64,000 bases of DNA from an uncultured archaeon (GCA_963799775.1 CAWCYD010000003.1:1152001-1216000), one strand, 5' to 3'. Counted from the stretch's first letter, positions 39,687-51,683 are shown. The notes: generated by a model not told the origin, from the letters alone. Made by a program: numbers and translations.

Positions 39687-42600
39687 ATGGCTGTCTTGTC
39701 AAGAGGGCTGTCAGAGCGTTTCGAAGAGTTCCTCCGCGGGTTCGAGGACAAGGATGGGGAAAGGAAGTATCAGGTCATCCTTGCCCAGCTCGCGGCCTCC
39801 GGCAGGAAGTCCGTCCTGATCAAGTACGATGACCTGATCCACTCCGACACGGACCTTGCCGAGAGCCTCCTCAACGACCCGGACAGGGCGCTCAAGGAGT
39901 TCAAGTCGGCGACCTTCGACGGTTCATGAGCACCGAGAATCCGGCCTACGCAGGCGAGATCCGCGAGAGCCTCACGGTGAGGATACGCGGGATCACCGAC
40001 AGGATTCCTCTGCGAAAGGTGGACACCTCCCACCTGGACAAGATGATCGCGTTCTCCGGGATGGTGACGCGGACGTCAGAGCTCAGGCCGCTCCTCGTCG
40101 ATGCCGCTTTCGTCTGCCCGGACGGGCACACGACGAGGGTCCCTCCAATCTGGCCCGAGCATAAAGAAACCTGCGAAGTGCGAAGGCTGTGACGAGACTA
40201 GGAACCTGGAGCTGGATCAGAAGGAGAGCAGCTTCATCGACAGCCAGATACTGAGGGTGCAGGAGCTCCCCGAAGAACTCCCGCCAGGGCAGCTCCCGCG
40301 CTTCTTCGACATCGACGTCGAGGGGGACATCGTGAACCAGGCCAGACCCGGGGACCGCGCGATCATGACCGGGATAGTGCGCGCAGAGCCAGACTTCTCG
40401 TTGGGCCAGCCCAAGAGCAGGTCGTTCAGGTCGAAGATCGACGCAAACGACATCGAGGTGGTCGGGAAGGAGCCCAGTCAGGTGCAGATAACCAAGGAAG
40501 ACGAGGCGATAATCAAGAGCATCGCAGCAGGGGAAGACGCATACAGGAAGCTGACCCGTTCGATGGCGCCCGGGATACTGGGGCATGAGGAGGTCAAGGA
40601 GGCCATCCTCCTTCTCTTGGTGGGAGGTCCGCAGACGGTCCTCCCCGACGGGACGAAGCTCAGGGGGGACATCAACATCTTCCTCGTCGGAGACCCGGGA
40701 GTCGCGAAGTCTGAGATGCTAAAGTTCGCGGCAAGCGTCGCGCCGAGAGGGATGTTCGCATCGGGGAGGGGCTCGACGGCGGCGGGCCTCTCAGCCGCTG
40801 TCATCAGAGAGAAGAACACGCTCATGCTCGAGGCGGGTGTCGTCGTGCTGGCAGACCAGGGGATCGCATGCATCGACGAGTTCGACAAGATGAAGGCGGA
40901 GGACAGGAGCGCCCTCCACGAGCAGATGGAGCAGCAATCCTACCACCCGTCTACGGAGATTCTGCTGTCCAGCGGCAAGGCGAAGATAGGCGACTATGTG
41001 GAAGAGGCGATCCGCTCGCACCCCGAGAGGACCGAGCAGGGTAAGGACTGCGAAGTCGTCAGTGTCAGCCCTTCGGAGAGGATCTTCTCGACCGACCTTG
41101 GCACCGGGAAGATAGAGAAGACTGCCATCGCAAACCTAAGCAGGCATCGGGCGCCGGACCGTTTCATCAGGGTCACGTTCTCCAATGGGAGGTCGGTTGT
41201 GGTGACGCCAGAGCATCCCATCTTCGTCTACCATGAAGGCGTGTCGACCGTCGCAGCCGAGAGGCTGCGGGTGGGAGCGTTCGTGCCTGGCCCGACCCAC
41301 ATACCGAACTCCTCGGCGCCAGTCGCCCTGGCTTCCGTCACCCGCTCCAAGTTGTCAAAGGAGATCGTCCAACCTAGCACCCTGACGCTTGGGATTGCGA
41401 GGATACTCGGGTATCTAATCACCGAGGGCAACTTCTATGTTGGTTCGTCCGTCGAAGTCGATTTCACAAACCTGGACGAGAGGCTGCTTAACGAGATGAC
41501 GACCCTGATGCGGGAGGAGTTCGGCCTCGAGCCAACGATCAGAATGTCTGAACAAAGACGGGCGGGTCTAAGGTACAGCTCGACCACGTTCCACGCTTGG
41601 ATGAGCGAGAACTTCCCCGAGATGGTGTCCAAGGCCAGGAGCAAGAGGGCGCCTGAGAAGATCATTGGCGGTTCGGTCGCTCACATCAACGAGTTCCTGA
41701 CTTCTGCGTTCCTCGGCGACGGCGGTGTCGAGACCGAGGCAGTCTGCTACCGCACAGCATCCCGTGGTCTGGCGGAGGACTACCAAGACCTTCTGCTCAA
41801 ACTGGCGATCGCATCCAGGATAGACGTCGACACGTCCAACGACTCCTTCAAGGTGTACATATGCGGGGACTCGCTGGGTGAGTTCCTTGAAAGAGTGGTG
41901 GACCGGATGGACCACAGACGAGCGAAGATCCAGAGGCTCGTCGAACGCAGCGAGGGGAAGAACAGAATCCACGACGTGCTTCCGACGGGCGTGGCGAAGA
42001 CCCTCGTCCAGCTCCTTGACGACGCAGGAATGAGCTACGACGGGTACTTCTGGAGACACCTCAGGTCAGGGAGCGGAATAACCAAACCCACGGTGGAGCG
42101 ACTCCTGGGTCGGATAGAGGAGAAACGTCGGAGCGTCCTGTCGCTCTTGCCCGGGAAGGGTACTGTGAAAGAGTTGCGTGCTGCCGCGGGCTGGTCACAG
42201 GAACGGCTTGCAAGAGAATGCGGAGTGAAGAGGGGAGCAATAGACTATGCAGAGCGCGGAGGGTATGGAAAGGAGGAACTTGGCGAGCTTGTCGAGACGG
42301 TCAGGAGCGCCATCCGCGAGAGTTTCGCATCAATAGGCGGGACTACGGAATTCATCAGAGGCCTGATTGGCCTGCGCTTCCTGAGGGTGGTCAAGGTGGA
42401 CACCGTGCTCAACGAGGGAGCGGCAAAGACAGAATGGGTTTACGACGTCACGGTAGAGCCCCGGCACAACTTCGTGTCGGCGGGAGTTGTCCTTCACAAC
42501 ACGGTGACGATAGCAAAGGCAGGGATCTACGCCACGCTGAACGCAAGGACGGCCATCCTGGCCGCGACCAACCCCGTGTTGGGCAAGTACAACCCGTACC

Positions 42601-43302
42601 AGAACCTGATAGACAACATCACGCTCCCGATCCCTCTGCTGACGAGGTTCGACCTGATCTTCGTGCTCAGGGACACGCCGACGGCTGCGCAGGACGAGAA
42701 GCTCGCCACGCACATACTGGACGTCCACAGGAAGAGGAGCCTACGTCGAGGCCCCTCCCATCCACTTTGAGCTCCTGAAGAAGTACATCGCCTATGCGAA
42801 GAACTTCTCGCCAGTCCTCACCATCGAGGCGGAGAACAGGATAAAGGAGTACTACCTCCAGCTGAGGAGGAGCGTCACCGAGGGACAGATAGGCGCGACG
42901 CCCAGGACGCTAGAGTCCCTGATACGCCTGGCGAGCGCGAAGGCTAGGCTCATGCTCAGGGAGCAAGTACTCGAGGAAGACGTCCACACAGCGATTTCCC
43001 TGATGAACAAGATGGTCGAGGATGTACTGACCGACACCGCGACGAATACGAAGGGAGACTTTGGGATACTGCTCGGCAAGCCCGCAGGCGAGAGGACCAA
43101 GTCGGAGTCGGTGATGAACGTCCTCAGGCAGCTCGAGGGCCCCGACAAGAAGCCCGTCGAACTGGGGGTGCTGAAGCAGGAGCTCATGAGGTCCAACAAG
43201 TTCGCAAACGAGGACGAGCTGAACAAGTTGCTCCAAAAGATGACAAAGGAAGGCATAACCTACGAGCCGAAGCCTGGATACATCAGACGCGTCCAGGGCT
43301 AG
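39687..43302 (+). CDS. mcm: Replicative helicase MCM with intein; frameshifts near 39922, 40141 and 42740
   Basis: GDPGVAKS, IDEFDKM, MEQQ|TVTIAKAG, LLTRFD, TPRTLESLIR. Confidence 0.96.
40938..42500 (+). mobile_element. Intein (521 aa) with LAGLIDADG homing endonuclease and XRE-type HTH insertion
   Basis: Starts SYHPSTEI, block B TPEHP, LGYLITEG and AFLGDG, ends VYDVTV..HNF...VLHN followed by Thr. Confidence 0.93.
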
Positions 43303-43374
43303 CGGCAAAGGGAACGGGCCGAGAGGTGACCGGGGCACGGCGCGTGGATTAGGGGAGAGCGGGGCCGGCTCGCC

Positions 43375-45524
43375 ATGAAGGTCAAGGAACTCCCGCTCCC
43401 GGAGACCTTCACGTCGTTTCTGGACTCGCAGGGCTTCCACGAGCTCTTCCCGCCTCAGGCCGCGGCCGTCGAGGCGGGGCTCCTCGAAGGGAAGAACCTG
43501 CTAGTCGCGAGTCCCACAGCGAGCGGGAAGACTTTGATAGCATCGCTGGCCGCGTTCAAGAGGATCGTAGAGGAGCACAGGAAGGTCGTCTACCTGAGCC
43601 CTCTCAGGGCCCTCGCGTCAGAGAAGTACTCCGAGTTCAAGAGCCTCTTCGAGGGCTTCGGCGTCAAGTGCGTCATCTCGACAGGCGACTTCGACTCGGC
43701 GGGGGAGGCCCTCAAGAGCTACGACCTGCTGGTCCTGACGAACGAGAAGTTCGACTCTCTCCTAAGGCACGGCATCCCATGGCTCCCGGACGTCGGCCTC
43801 TTCATCTCCGACGAGGTCCACCTGGCAGGGAGCGGCGACCGGGGGCCCACGCTCGAGATGATCCTCACGAAGGTCATCCACAGCGGCGTGAAGGCCCAGC
43901 TCCTCTCGCTCTCCGCCACCGTGAGCAACGCGGAGGAGATGGCGGGCTGGCTGCGGTCGGAACTGGTGGAGCTCACATGGAGGCCCGTCCCCCTCCGCCA
44001 GGGCGTGTACGACCACGGGAGGGTATGGTTCGCCGACCTTCAAGGCGAGTTCCAGACGGTGAGGTCGACCTACGGCCCGCCGATAGACATTGCGATAGAG
44101 TCCGTCTCGACCGGCGGGCAGTCTCTGATATTCGCCTCCACGAGGAGGAGGGCCGTCAGCCTCGCAGGCAAGGCCTCCGAGCTGACCTCGAGATACCTGG
44201 GAGAGTCTGACGTGAAGGCTTGCAGAGAGGCGGCGAGGAAGATCCGCGAGTCCGGGGAAGAGACGGGTCTGAGCAGGATGCTCGCTGACATGGTGGGGAA
44301 GGGAGCGGCCTTCCACCACGCAGGCCTGCCCCACGAGCACAGGAAGATAGTCGAGGACGCCTACAGGGCGAGAGCCGTGAAGGTGCTCGCGAGCACCCCG
44401 ACCCTCGCCGCCGGCGTCAACCTCCCCGCGAGGCGGGTCGTCATAGCGGACCTCTCGAGATACGACGGCGAGACGTCATCGAACGCCCCCATCTCCGTGC
44501 TCGAGTACAGGCAGATGGCCGGACGGGCCGGGAGGCCCCAGTACGACGAGTACGGGGAGACCGTGATGGTCCCACCACCCAGCCTGGGGGCGGAGGAGGC
44601 GATGCGCCATTACGTGGAGTCGAGCCCGGAGCCCATCGAGTCGAGGCTCGGAGGGGAGAGGGGCATGAGGGTCCACCTTCTCGCTGTCATAGCCAGCCGA
44701 TTGGGGACAACGAGGCAGGAGATTGACACGCTGTTCTCGAAGACGCTCTTGGCGGTCCAGACCGGGAGGGAGAGCGTCGCGAGGCACGTCGACGCCGCCT
44801 TGGGATACCTCTTCGCGGAGCAGCTGATCATCGAGAAGGGAGGCCTCTTCCAGGCGACGGGGTTCGGCAAGAGGATCTCGACGCTCTACATCGACCCGGT
44901 GACAGGGGCCTCTTCAAGAAGCACCTGGGGAACATCGTGCCCGGCCCTGACAACACGCTCAGGCTCCTCCACCTGGTCGCCAAGAGCCCAGACTTTGAGC
45001 CGAAGTTCCCGATGCGGGAGAAGTACCTCCAAAAGGCCTACGAGTTCCTTGAGGAGCACAGGGGCGACCTGCTCCTGGGAGGGCCTGGCAAGAGCGTGAC
45101 ATTCATGGAGTACGACGAGGCCGTGGAGGAGATGCGGACTATGATGGTCCTAGAGTCGTGGATAGACGAGCGCAAGGAGGACGACGTCCTCGAGAGTCTC
45201 GGGGCGGAGCCCGGCGACCTGCACAGGGCCGTGGACAGCGCAGACTGGCTGCTCTACTGCCTGTCAGAGCTCGCCAGGCTATTCGGAAGACAGGAGGTCA
45301 TCAAGGAGGCGAACTACCTCGGGAAGAGGGTGGCGATGGGAGTGAAGGGAGAGCTCGTGGAGCTGACGAAGCTCAGAGGGATCGGGCGCGTCAGGGCGAG
45401 GGCGCTCTACAACTTCGGGTTCCGTTCGCTAAAGTCGATAAAGGAAGCGCCGGTCGAGAAGCTCGCGCTCGTCGAGAAGATAGGGCCTACCCTCGCTCAG
45501 AGAATCAAGGAAGAGGCGTCCTGA
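43375..45524 (+). CDS. hel308: Ski2-like DNA helicase Hel308; frameshift near 44908
   Basis: PTASGKT, DEVH, LSAT, HHAGL, QMAGRAGRP, GIGRVRARALY. Confidence 0.93.
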
Positions 45525-46789
45525 GGCGGACGGGGCCCTTCGTGCTGACAAACGGATTCGCCCTCCTTCGCGGTGAGGATGCCCCATCGGCGACGAGGGA
45601 GGCGATCGACCGTGTGGAGAGGTTCTCGAAGCACGTCTTGGTGGACGCCGGGGACGGCTTCGGAGACTACAGAGAGGCTAAGCTCTCCGGGAAGAAAGAG
45701 ATAGCGCTTGCTTACTCGTTGGCCAAGCCGGATGGAGGCCCGCTCGTCCATGGTTACACGCAGGAAGGTTGGGAAGGCGAGACCACAGGGACGATGCCGA
45801 ACGGAGAGTTCTCACTGCTCGCAAGGAGAGATAGGGAGAGCTTCGCGGGAGCGCGGGACGCGCTCGGGACGAGAGGCCTGTGGATCGTAGGAGACGGGCA
45901 GGGGGCCTCGATGGCCAGTGACCACAGGCTTCTGAAGGGAACCCCTCGCCTCGTCGAGCCAGGGTGGGTCTCCGACGGGAAGAGGGCGTGGCGGTGGGAG
46001 GACGGAGCGCCCAGGGATCGCCCGCCTGGATCTTTCGAGTCGGCAGCACGAGACCTCGCGGTGTTGATCGAGGAATCGGTGGGGGAGAGGGTGAGAGGGA
46101 GGAGACACGTGGCAGTCTCGTTCTCAGGAGGACTCGACAGCTCCCTCCTCGCCTTGGTGGCCTCGAGACACACGGATGTCCTGCTCTGTTCCGCATACTC
46201 TGCCGACTCTTTGGACGAGGAAAAGACGGAGACGGCCGCGCAGGTGCTCGGGCTGAGGCTGGAGACTGCAGTCCTTGACGACAAGGTTGTGGAGAAGAAG
46301 CTTGGGGCCCTCGGCCTGCTTCCAGGTGAGACGACGTTAATGGACAAGGCCCTCTGGTGCATCTACTCCTCCACGAGCGAACTGGCCGGAAAGAACGGTG
46401 CCGAGATGATCCTGCTCGGCCAGCTGGCAGACGAGCTCTTTGGAGGCTACAGAAAGTACACGCTCAAGGCGAGAGAGGAGGGGGTGAAGGCCGCCGAGGC
46501 CATGATGGCCCAGGACGTCCGAGCCTGCGGGACATGGGGGTTCTTGCGCGACGAGGCGGCGTGCTCTCGCTTCGCGGAGGCGAGGTTCCCGTACGCGGAC
46601 AGAAGAATCGCCTCCTTCGCCTCGGCACTGCCCTTCGACTACAAGGTAAGAGGAGAGGAGAGGAAGGCCGTCCTGAGGGCCGCGGCCATCGAGCTGGGGC
46701 TACCCGAAGAGCTCGCGATGGCGCCCAAGAAGGCGGCGCAGTTCAGCTCTGGGACATCCAAGCTCCTCAAGAGGTTGACTGGTTTTTAA
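45521..46789 (+). CDS. Asparagine synthase-like protein with degenerate glutaminase domain
   Basis: ARDALG, SFSGGLDSS, GQLADELFGGY, KKAAQF; no N-terminal Cys; CTG overlaps hel308 stop. Confidence 0.8.
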   Translation: MRRTGPFVLTNGFALLRGEDAPSATREAIDRVERFSKHVLVDAGDGFGDYREAKLSGKKEIALAYSLAKPDGGPLVHGYTQEGWEGETTGTMPNGEFSLLARRDRESFAGARDALGTRGLWIVGDGQGASMASDHRLLKGTPRLVEPGWVSDGKRAWRWEDGAPRDRPPGSFESAARDLAVLIEESVGERVRGRRHVAVSFSGGLDSSLLALVASRHTDVLLCSAYSADSLDEEKTETAAQVLGLRLETAVLDDKVVEKKLGALGLLPGETTLMDKALWCIYSSTSELAGKNGAEMILLGQLADELFGGYRKYTLKAREEGVKAAEAMMAQDVRACGTWGFLRDEAACSRFAEARFPYADRRIASFASALPFDYKVRGEERKAVLRAAAIELGLPEELAMAPKKAAQFSSGTSKLLKRLTGF

Positions 46790-46813
46790 CGCGGTGATTG
46801 GTCCCTGAGGCCG

Positions 46814-47074
46814 ATGGCCCCAGAGGCACCGAAGGGAAAGCTGGTCGGATTCAAACCCCTCCAAGAGGGATTCTGCTACTACTCGTTAGACGACGGGACG
46901 GTCCTAGGAGTGAAGCCGGTGATGGTGAAGATCTTCCGCCTGACGGGCCAGGACGGTCGTCCGGCGAGCGGCCCTGACGGAGTCCCTGCATACTTCTACC
47001 AGACTCAGAATGTGACCCAGTTCCTCACCCCTGACGAATACAAGACGATGACAAGCCGAAACCTGCAAGAGTAG
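46814..47074 (+). CDS. Hypothetical protein
   Basis: 86-aa ATG ORF, YSLDDGTVL pattern, TTTTTAA upstream. Confidence 0.7.
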   Translation: MAPEAPKGKLVGFKPLQEGFCYYSLDDGTVLGVKPVMVKIFRLTGQDGRPASGPDGVPAYFYQTQNVTQFLTPDEYKTMTSRNLQE

Positions 47075-47082
47075 CTCGGCTC

Positions 47083-47646
47083 TTGGCCGCTGGAGCCGGT
47101 GCAAGGTATCTCCCGGCCGCGGACACCTATCTCCTCATTGAGGCGCTCCGGCCCTGCGCAGGGAAGGCGTGTCTGGAGATAGGGTTCGGGAGCGGTGCGG
47201 TGATCTCCAGCGTCGCCGAGCGATTCGAACTCGCCGTGGCGACCGACCTGCTCGGCGTGAGCGACGCCAGACTTGCACGGACCCGAGGTGCGGACCTTGT
47301 CCTCTCGGACAGGGCTCGATGCTTCAGAGATGCGTCTTTTGACCTCGTATTCTTCAATCCGCCCTACGTCCCTTCTGACGAGGTGGAGGACCGTAGTGTG
47401 GACGGTGGACCAGAAGGGATCACGGTGCCCCTCGCCTTCCTCGAGGAGGGCTTGAGGGTCTTGAGGTCGGGAGGGAAGATCTTCGCACTGCTCTCTTCGG
47501 AGGGGAATCAGGAGTCGTTCCTCTCCCGCTGCGAGGCCCTCGGCCTTGTCGTAGAGAAGGTTGCGGAGAAGAGGCTGTTCTACGAGACTCTCTCCGTCTT
47601 TTCGATACGGAAGGGCTTGGAAGACCGAAAGCCTCACCAAAGCTAA
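47083..47646 (+). CDS. HemK2/PrmC-family glutamine methyltransferase
   Basis: YLPAADTYLL, LEIGFGSG, FNPPY, DGG. Confidence 0.88.
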   Translation: MAAGAGARYLPAADTYLLIEALRPCAGKACLEIGFGSGAVISSVAERFELAVATDLLGVSDARLARTRGADLVLSDRARCFRDASFDLVFFNPPYVPSDEVEDRSVDGGPEGITVPLAFLEEGLRVLRSGGKIFALLSSEGNQESFLSRCEALGLVVEKVAEKRLFYETLSVFSIRKGLEDRKPHQS

Positions 47647-47664
47647 TACTCCGTCGTCGAGGGA

Positions 47665-48825
47665 GTGGCGGCGTTGGAAACGTCGAAGAGGGTGCTCGCG
47701 GTATCAGTCACGTTTACGCTCATGGCGCTTCTTCTTGTCGCGCCCCTGCAGACGGCGCACGCGGAATCGGTCGGGTCGTGGACGTCGACCACAAAGTACC
47801 CTCTCGCCCTCGCGGGCGAGTCGTGCGTCGCATTCTCATCCAGCGTCTACTGCATAGGAGGGTTCGGAGGGGGCGGAAACAGCCACAACCAGGTCTATCA
47901 CGCCAGCCTCGGCGCATCGGGGATCGGGACCTGGTCCGCAGGGACTGCATATCCGACCCCGGTGGACAGCGCAGCCTGCGTCAACGCCACGGCAGGGATC
48001 TACTGCGTCGGCGGAGAGGACTACCCTAACAACATATCCAACGTCTACTTCGCTCCGTTCTCCTCTTCAGGCCTGGGGGCTTGGTCGAGCGAGACCCCCT
48101 ATCCCAACGCCCTCGCCGGGATGTCCTGCGTCGTATACGGTGGATACATCTACTGCGTCGGCGGGTTCGACAGCAACGGCGACGAGGTCAGCTCGACGTA
48201 TTACGCCTCGCTGTCATCTGGTCTGACCTCTTGGTCAGGCACGACCCAGTACCCGCTCGCGGTGGACAGGGAGTCCTGCACCGCCTCTGCCGGGTACATC
48301 TACTGTGTGGCGGGAGAGATGGAGGTGGACTCGAACCAGAACAACCCTGTGACATACGTCTACTACGCCCCGCTGAGCTCCTCCGGGATAGGGCAGTGGA
48401 CAGCCACGCTCTCGTACCCGACCGCGCTCACGGCCTCGAGTTGCGCTCAATACTCTGGATACGTCTACTGCATCGGGGGGTTCGACAGCAGCGAGCTGAG
48501 CAGCGCCGACTCCTACTTCGGTCCGACGACTTCGACCGGGATAGCTTCATGGACGGACCTGCCACAATACCCGGTGGCCATCGACACCAGCTCCTGTGTT
48601 GCTGATTTGGGATACCTCTTCTGCATCGCAGGGAACTCGGTGACCCAGAGCAGCCAGTCGACGTTGAATCCTGTAAACTTTGCTTACTATGCCCCGATCT
48701 CAGGTGCGTCGACCCAGACCTCGACCACGCCGGAGTTCCCTCTCACCTTGGCGATCCCGACGATCCTCGCCCTGGCGCTGGTCGCGGTCGCTGGAATGGG
48801 ACGCCTCTACAACAAGAAACGCTAG
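47665..48825 (+). CDS. Secreted Cys-rich kelch-like six-repeat protein with PEF-type sorting signal
   Basis: Six W...T.YP......C.....IYC.GG repeats; TPEFP-TM-KKR. Confidence 0.88.
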   Translation: MAALETSKRVLAVSVTFTLMALLLVAPLQTAHAESVGSWTSTTKYPLALAGESCVAFSSSVYCIGGFGGGGNSHNQVYHASLGASGIGTWSAGTAYPTPVDSAACVNATAGIYCVGGEDYPNNISNVYFAPFSSSGLGAWSSETPYPNALAGMSCVVYGGYIYCVGGFDSNGDEVSSTYYASLSSGLTSWSGTTQYPLAVDRESCTASAGYIYCVAGEMEVDSNQNNPVTYVYYAPLSSSGIGQWTATLSYPTALTASSCAQYSGYVYCIGGFDSSELSSADSYFGPTTSTGIASWTDLPQYPVAIDTSSCVADLGYLFCIAGNSVTQSSQSTLNPVNFAYYAPISGASTQTSTTPEFPLTLAIPTILALALVAVAGMGRLYNKKR

Positions 48826-48831
48826 AGCGGT

Positions 48832-49953
48832 CTAGAGCCCTATGCTGTTGATGGCTGCCCCGGAGCTCCCGTCCAACACGAAGATCATCTTCTTCCCCTT
48901 GTGGTCGTACCTCACGAACCACACAGGGACGTGGAGCAGCTCGCCGTCATCGACGTCCATCTGCGTTTGAATCTGCTGAATCATATGGTGAGCCTCGTGG
49001 GCCTTTTGCGACTGGAGCTGGTCGACGAGCGTCTTTGCCTGGGACTTGGCCACGTCCTCGCTGATGTCCCCGTTCAGGACCTTGATGCTCTTGTCTATCT
49101 TGGAGACGTCGAAGAACACCCTCTCGTCGAGCGCGAATGTGTAGTCGTGAGGCTGGTACTCCGTGATGGTCCCTTCATCGCGACGACGGGGAAGTTGTAG
49201 TTCTGGTCTAGCTGGTAGGTCTTCCTGGCCCCGCCTCCCATCCCCATGCCCATCCCGTAGAACATGGCTCGCGGATAGCGGCCTCCCAGGGCCATACCCT
49301 TCCCCAGGCCGCCGAAGAGCGGCAGGCCGAACGGACTGATCAGACCAGCCATGTCGAAGTGACCTTCTCCTTCCACCTCCTCCAAAGCCGCCGCCACCCC
49401 TCGCTCCGCCCATCCCGCCCAATATGATCCCCATCAGGGCGGCGCTGGTCGCGGTCTGGCCGAGCTGTTGCATCTCGTCTATCGCCACGATTGTCGTCCT
49501 CGCAGAGACGGGGATGATCCAGTAGGGGATGAAGGTCGCGCTCATCTCCTCGAGCGTCGACTCCTCCTGGAGATGGTGCTTGAAGATCCCCTTGTCCATC
49601 ATATCGCGGATAGCGGAAGTGACCTGGTCCTTTGTCAGCTTCATGGGGAGCATGGTGTGCTTCTGGATGTCCTTCCAACCTTGGTTGCCCAGCGTGATGC
49701 CCGTGCCGCAGTACTCGCACGTGATCACCATCTCTCCGAACTTCGGCGATATCGGAGCGCCGCAGCTGGGACACTTTAGAGCGGTCGCGCCTGCGGGGGC
49801 GATGACCTGCGCAGCGCTCTGCTGAGTCGCAGGAGCTGGAGAGGTCCTGGCCGCGCCCGCCCCTCCAGACGAAGAGGCGAGGGACGAGCCGCACTTGTAG
49901 CAGAACGCAGCCCCGTCGGGAAGCTGAGTGCCGCAGTTCGGACAATAAATCAT
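48832..49953 (-). CDS. Multi-zinc-ribbon protein (YdjG-like); compensating internal frameshifts
   Basis: CPNCG..FCYKCG, CPSCG..CEYCG, FIPYW, LLHVPVW, VLDGSSG. Confidence 0.8.
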   Translation of the reverse strand: MIYCPNCGTQLPDGAAFCYKCGSSLASSSGGAGAARTSPAPATQQSAAQVIAPAGATALKCPSCGAPISPKFGEMVITCEYCGTGITLGNQGWKDIQKHTMLPMKLTKDQVTSAIRDMMDKGIFKHHLQEESTLEEMSATFIPYWIIPVSARTTIVAIDEMQQLGQTATSAALMGIILGGMGGARGGGGFGGGGRRRSLRHGWSDQSVRPAALRRPGEGYGPGRPLSASHVLRDGHGDGRRGQEDLPARPELQLPRRRDEGTITEYQPHDYTFALDERVFFDVSKIDKSIKVLNGDISEDVAKSQAKTLVDQLQSQKAHEAHHMIQQIQTQMDVDDGELLHVPVWFVRYDHKGKKMIFVLDGSSGAAINSIGL

Positions 49954-49968
49954 GCTGCTCTAGTCCCT

Positions 49969-51109
49969 TTACATCTTCGTCCCGCAGTTGGGACAGAACT
50001 TCGGCTGCCCTGTGATCGCAGTCCCACAGTTGGGACAGAACTTTGTTTTGGCTGCCGGCGCTGTCGATGGCTGTGGTGCGCCCTGTTGCTGCTGCTGGCT
50101 CTGCTGGGGTGCGGACAGCGCAGCGCCGCAGTTGGGGCAGAAGGCGCTGTTCAACGGGATGATCGAGCCGCAGTTGGAACAAGACCTTGTCGCGCCCTGG
50201 CCCATCGCTCCCATCATGGCTTGGCCGAACACTCCCCCTACGCCGACGCCCGCGCCGAGTCCGACTCCGAGGCCTGCCCCCACTCCAGCGACTCCAGACG
50301 GGTTCGAGGCAGCCTCGGTCATCGCCTGGCCCGCCTGGTACTGGAGATAGTTCACCCCGAGGGCCTGCATCTGGGGACCTGGTGTCGATTGCCTTCTGGA
50401 CCTCGTCGGGCAGGCTGATCGTCAGCCCGGAGATCTTGTTTATCTCGACTCCGTACTGGCCGAAGTTGTCCGGCGCGGTGGAGAGGACCATCTGCTCCAA
50501 GTTCGTGAGGTTTCCTGCGAGGTCGGTGACCTTTAGGCCCTGACCCTTCATCTTGCCGAGGGCGTTGTAGAGCAATATCAGCATCTGCTCCTTGAGCCTG
50601 TCCTCGACGTCGGCGGAGGTCTCGACGCTGAAAGTCCCCACGAACTGGTTGATGAAGTTCTCAGGAGAGGAGACCCTCCACCTGTATTCCCCGAAGACGC
50701 GCAGGCTCACGATCCCGAAGGTCGGGTCCGTGAACTGGTAGGGCTGGGTGCTTCCGAACTTTCCGTCCATGTACCTCTTCTGGAGGTAGTAGACCTCAGC
50801 CTCCTGGACGACTCCTGTGAAGAACTTTAGGAGGTTCCCCACTATCGGGGCGTTGAAGTCTGTGAGAGCGTATCTGTTGGGCTGGTCGAAGTAGGTCATG
50901 AACTTTCCGTCCCTGTAAAAGACGGCGATCTCGTCTTCCCTTACGACGATGTTGTCGTTGAGCCTGATGTTGCGGGTGACCTTCCACATCACGTTGTTCT
51001 GCTTGTATTGGTCTTCCCAGGTGACCGTGGTCGAGCCGAGGACGCTGCCTCCGGTCGCGGGTATCGAGCCGCTCCCTGCGGCGGGCTTCTTTCCGAAGAG
51101 GTTTACCAT
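49969..51109 (-). CDS. SPFH-domain protein with C-terminal zinc ribbons (YdjI-like); frameshift near 50375
   Basis: VVREDEIAVF.RDG, LRVFGEY, SLPDEVQKAID, GAGLGVG, CPNCG repeats. Confidence 0.88.
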
Positions 51110-51134
51110 TCTTCTATCTTCTCGCTTTTCTGGC

Positions 51135-51683
51135 TCACTGCTTGACCAATATACCCTTTACCGCTTCCATCCTCACGCCCCACTTTTGCTTGAAGTCCGA
51201 GATGGCTGCGCCCACGCGGGCTAGCGACGCCATGACCGAGGCCGCGTTGGCTGGGTCGTAGACCAAGTTGGGGGATGACGTGGCTGCCACGAGCGCGAAG
51301 GCGGAGGCGACGAAGTCATAGTCGTAGTCATAGAGCTGGTTCAGCCTGTTCTGGTCAATCGTAATGCTCGCGACCCAGCCAGAATAGCCCTGCTCTGCGT
51401 GCCTCACCTCCCCTGCGATCTGCTGCAATTGGAAGATCAAGGAACCGATGTTCGTGAGGTTCGAGTAGTCGCCGGCGGTCGACATCTGCTTCCTCACGTC
51501 CTCTAGGTTGGCCTTTGCCGCGTTGAGCTTGTCCGCCACCTGGTTCCGGAGCATGTCGTCGGCGACCCGGAGGTCGTCCAGCTTCCTGTAGTTCCTCAGG
51601 CCCGGTATGAGCAGTTCGAGGTTCTTCTGTGGACCCCTGCTCGCATTCACTTGGTTCCTAATGTCAGAATTGTCTTGGGACAC
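51135..51683 (-). CDS. Conserved helical hypothetical protein, first gene of SPFH operon
   Basis: IPG...Y...DDLR..D..LR, HAEQGYSG, LYDYD motifs; TTTATAA upstream. Confidence 0.8.
   Translation of the reverse strand: MSQDNSDIRNQVNASRGPQKNLELLIPGLRNYRKLDDLRVADDMLRNQVADKLNAAKANLEDVRKQMSTAGDYSNLTNIGSLIFQLQQIAGEVRHAEQGYSGWVASITIDQNRLNQLYDYDYDFVASAFALVAATSSPNLVYDPANAASVMASLARVGAAISDFKQKWGVRMEAVKGILVKQ

Noticed and set aside
49340-51109. 589-aa SPFH ORF with a long Arg-rich tail
   Set aside because: Out-of-frame tail after a 1-nt indel; the real C-terminus is ORF 49969-50370.
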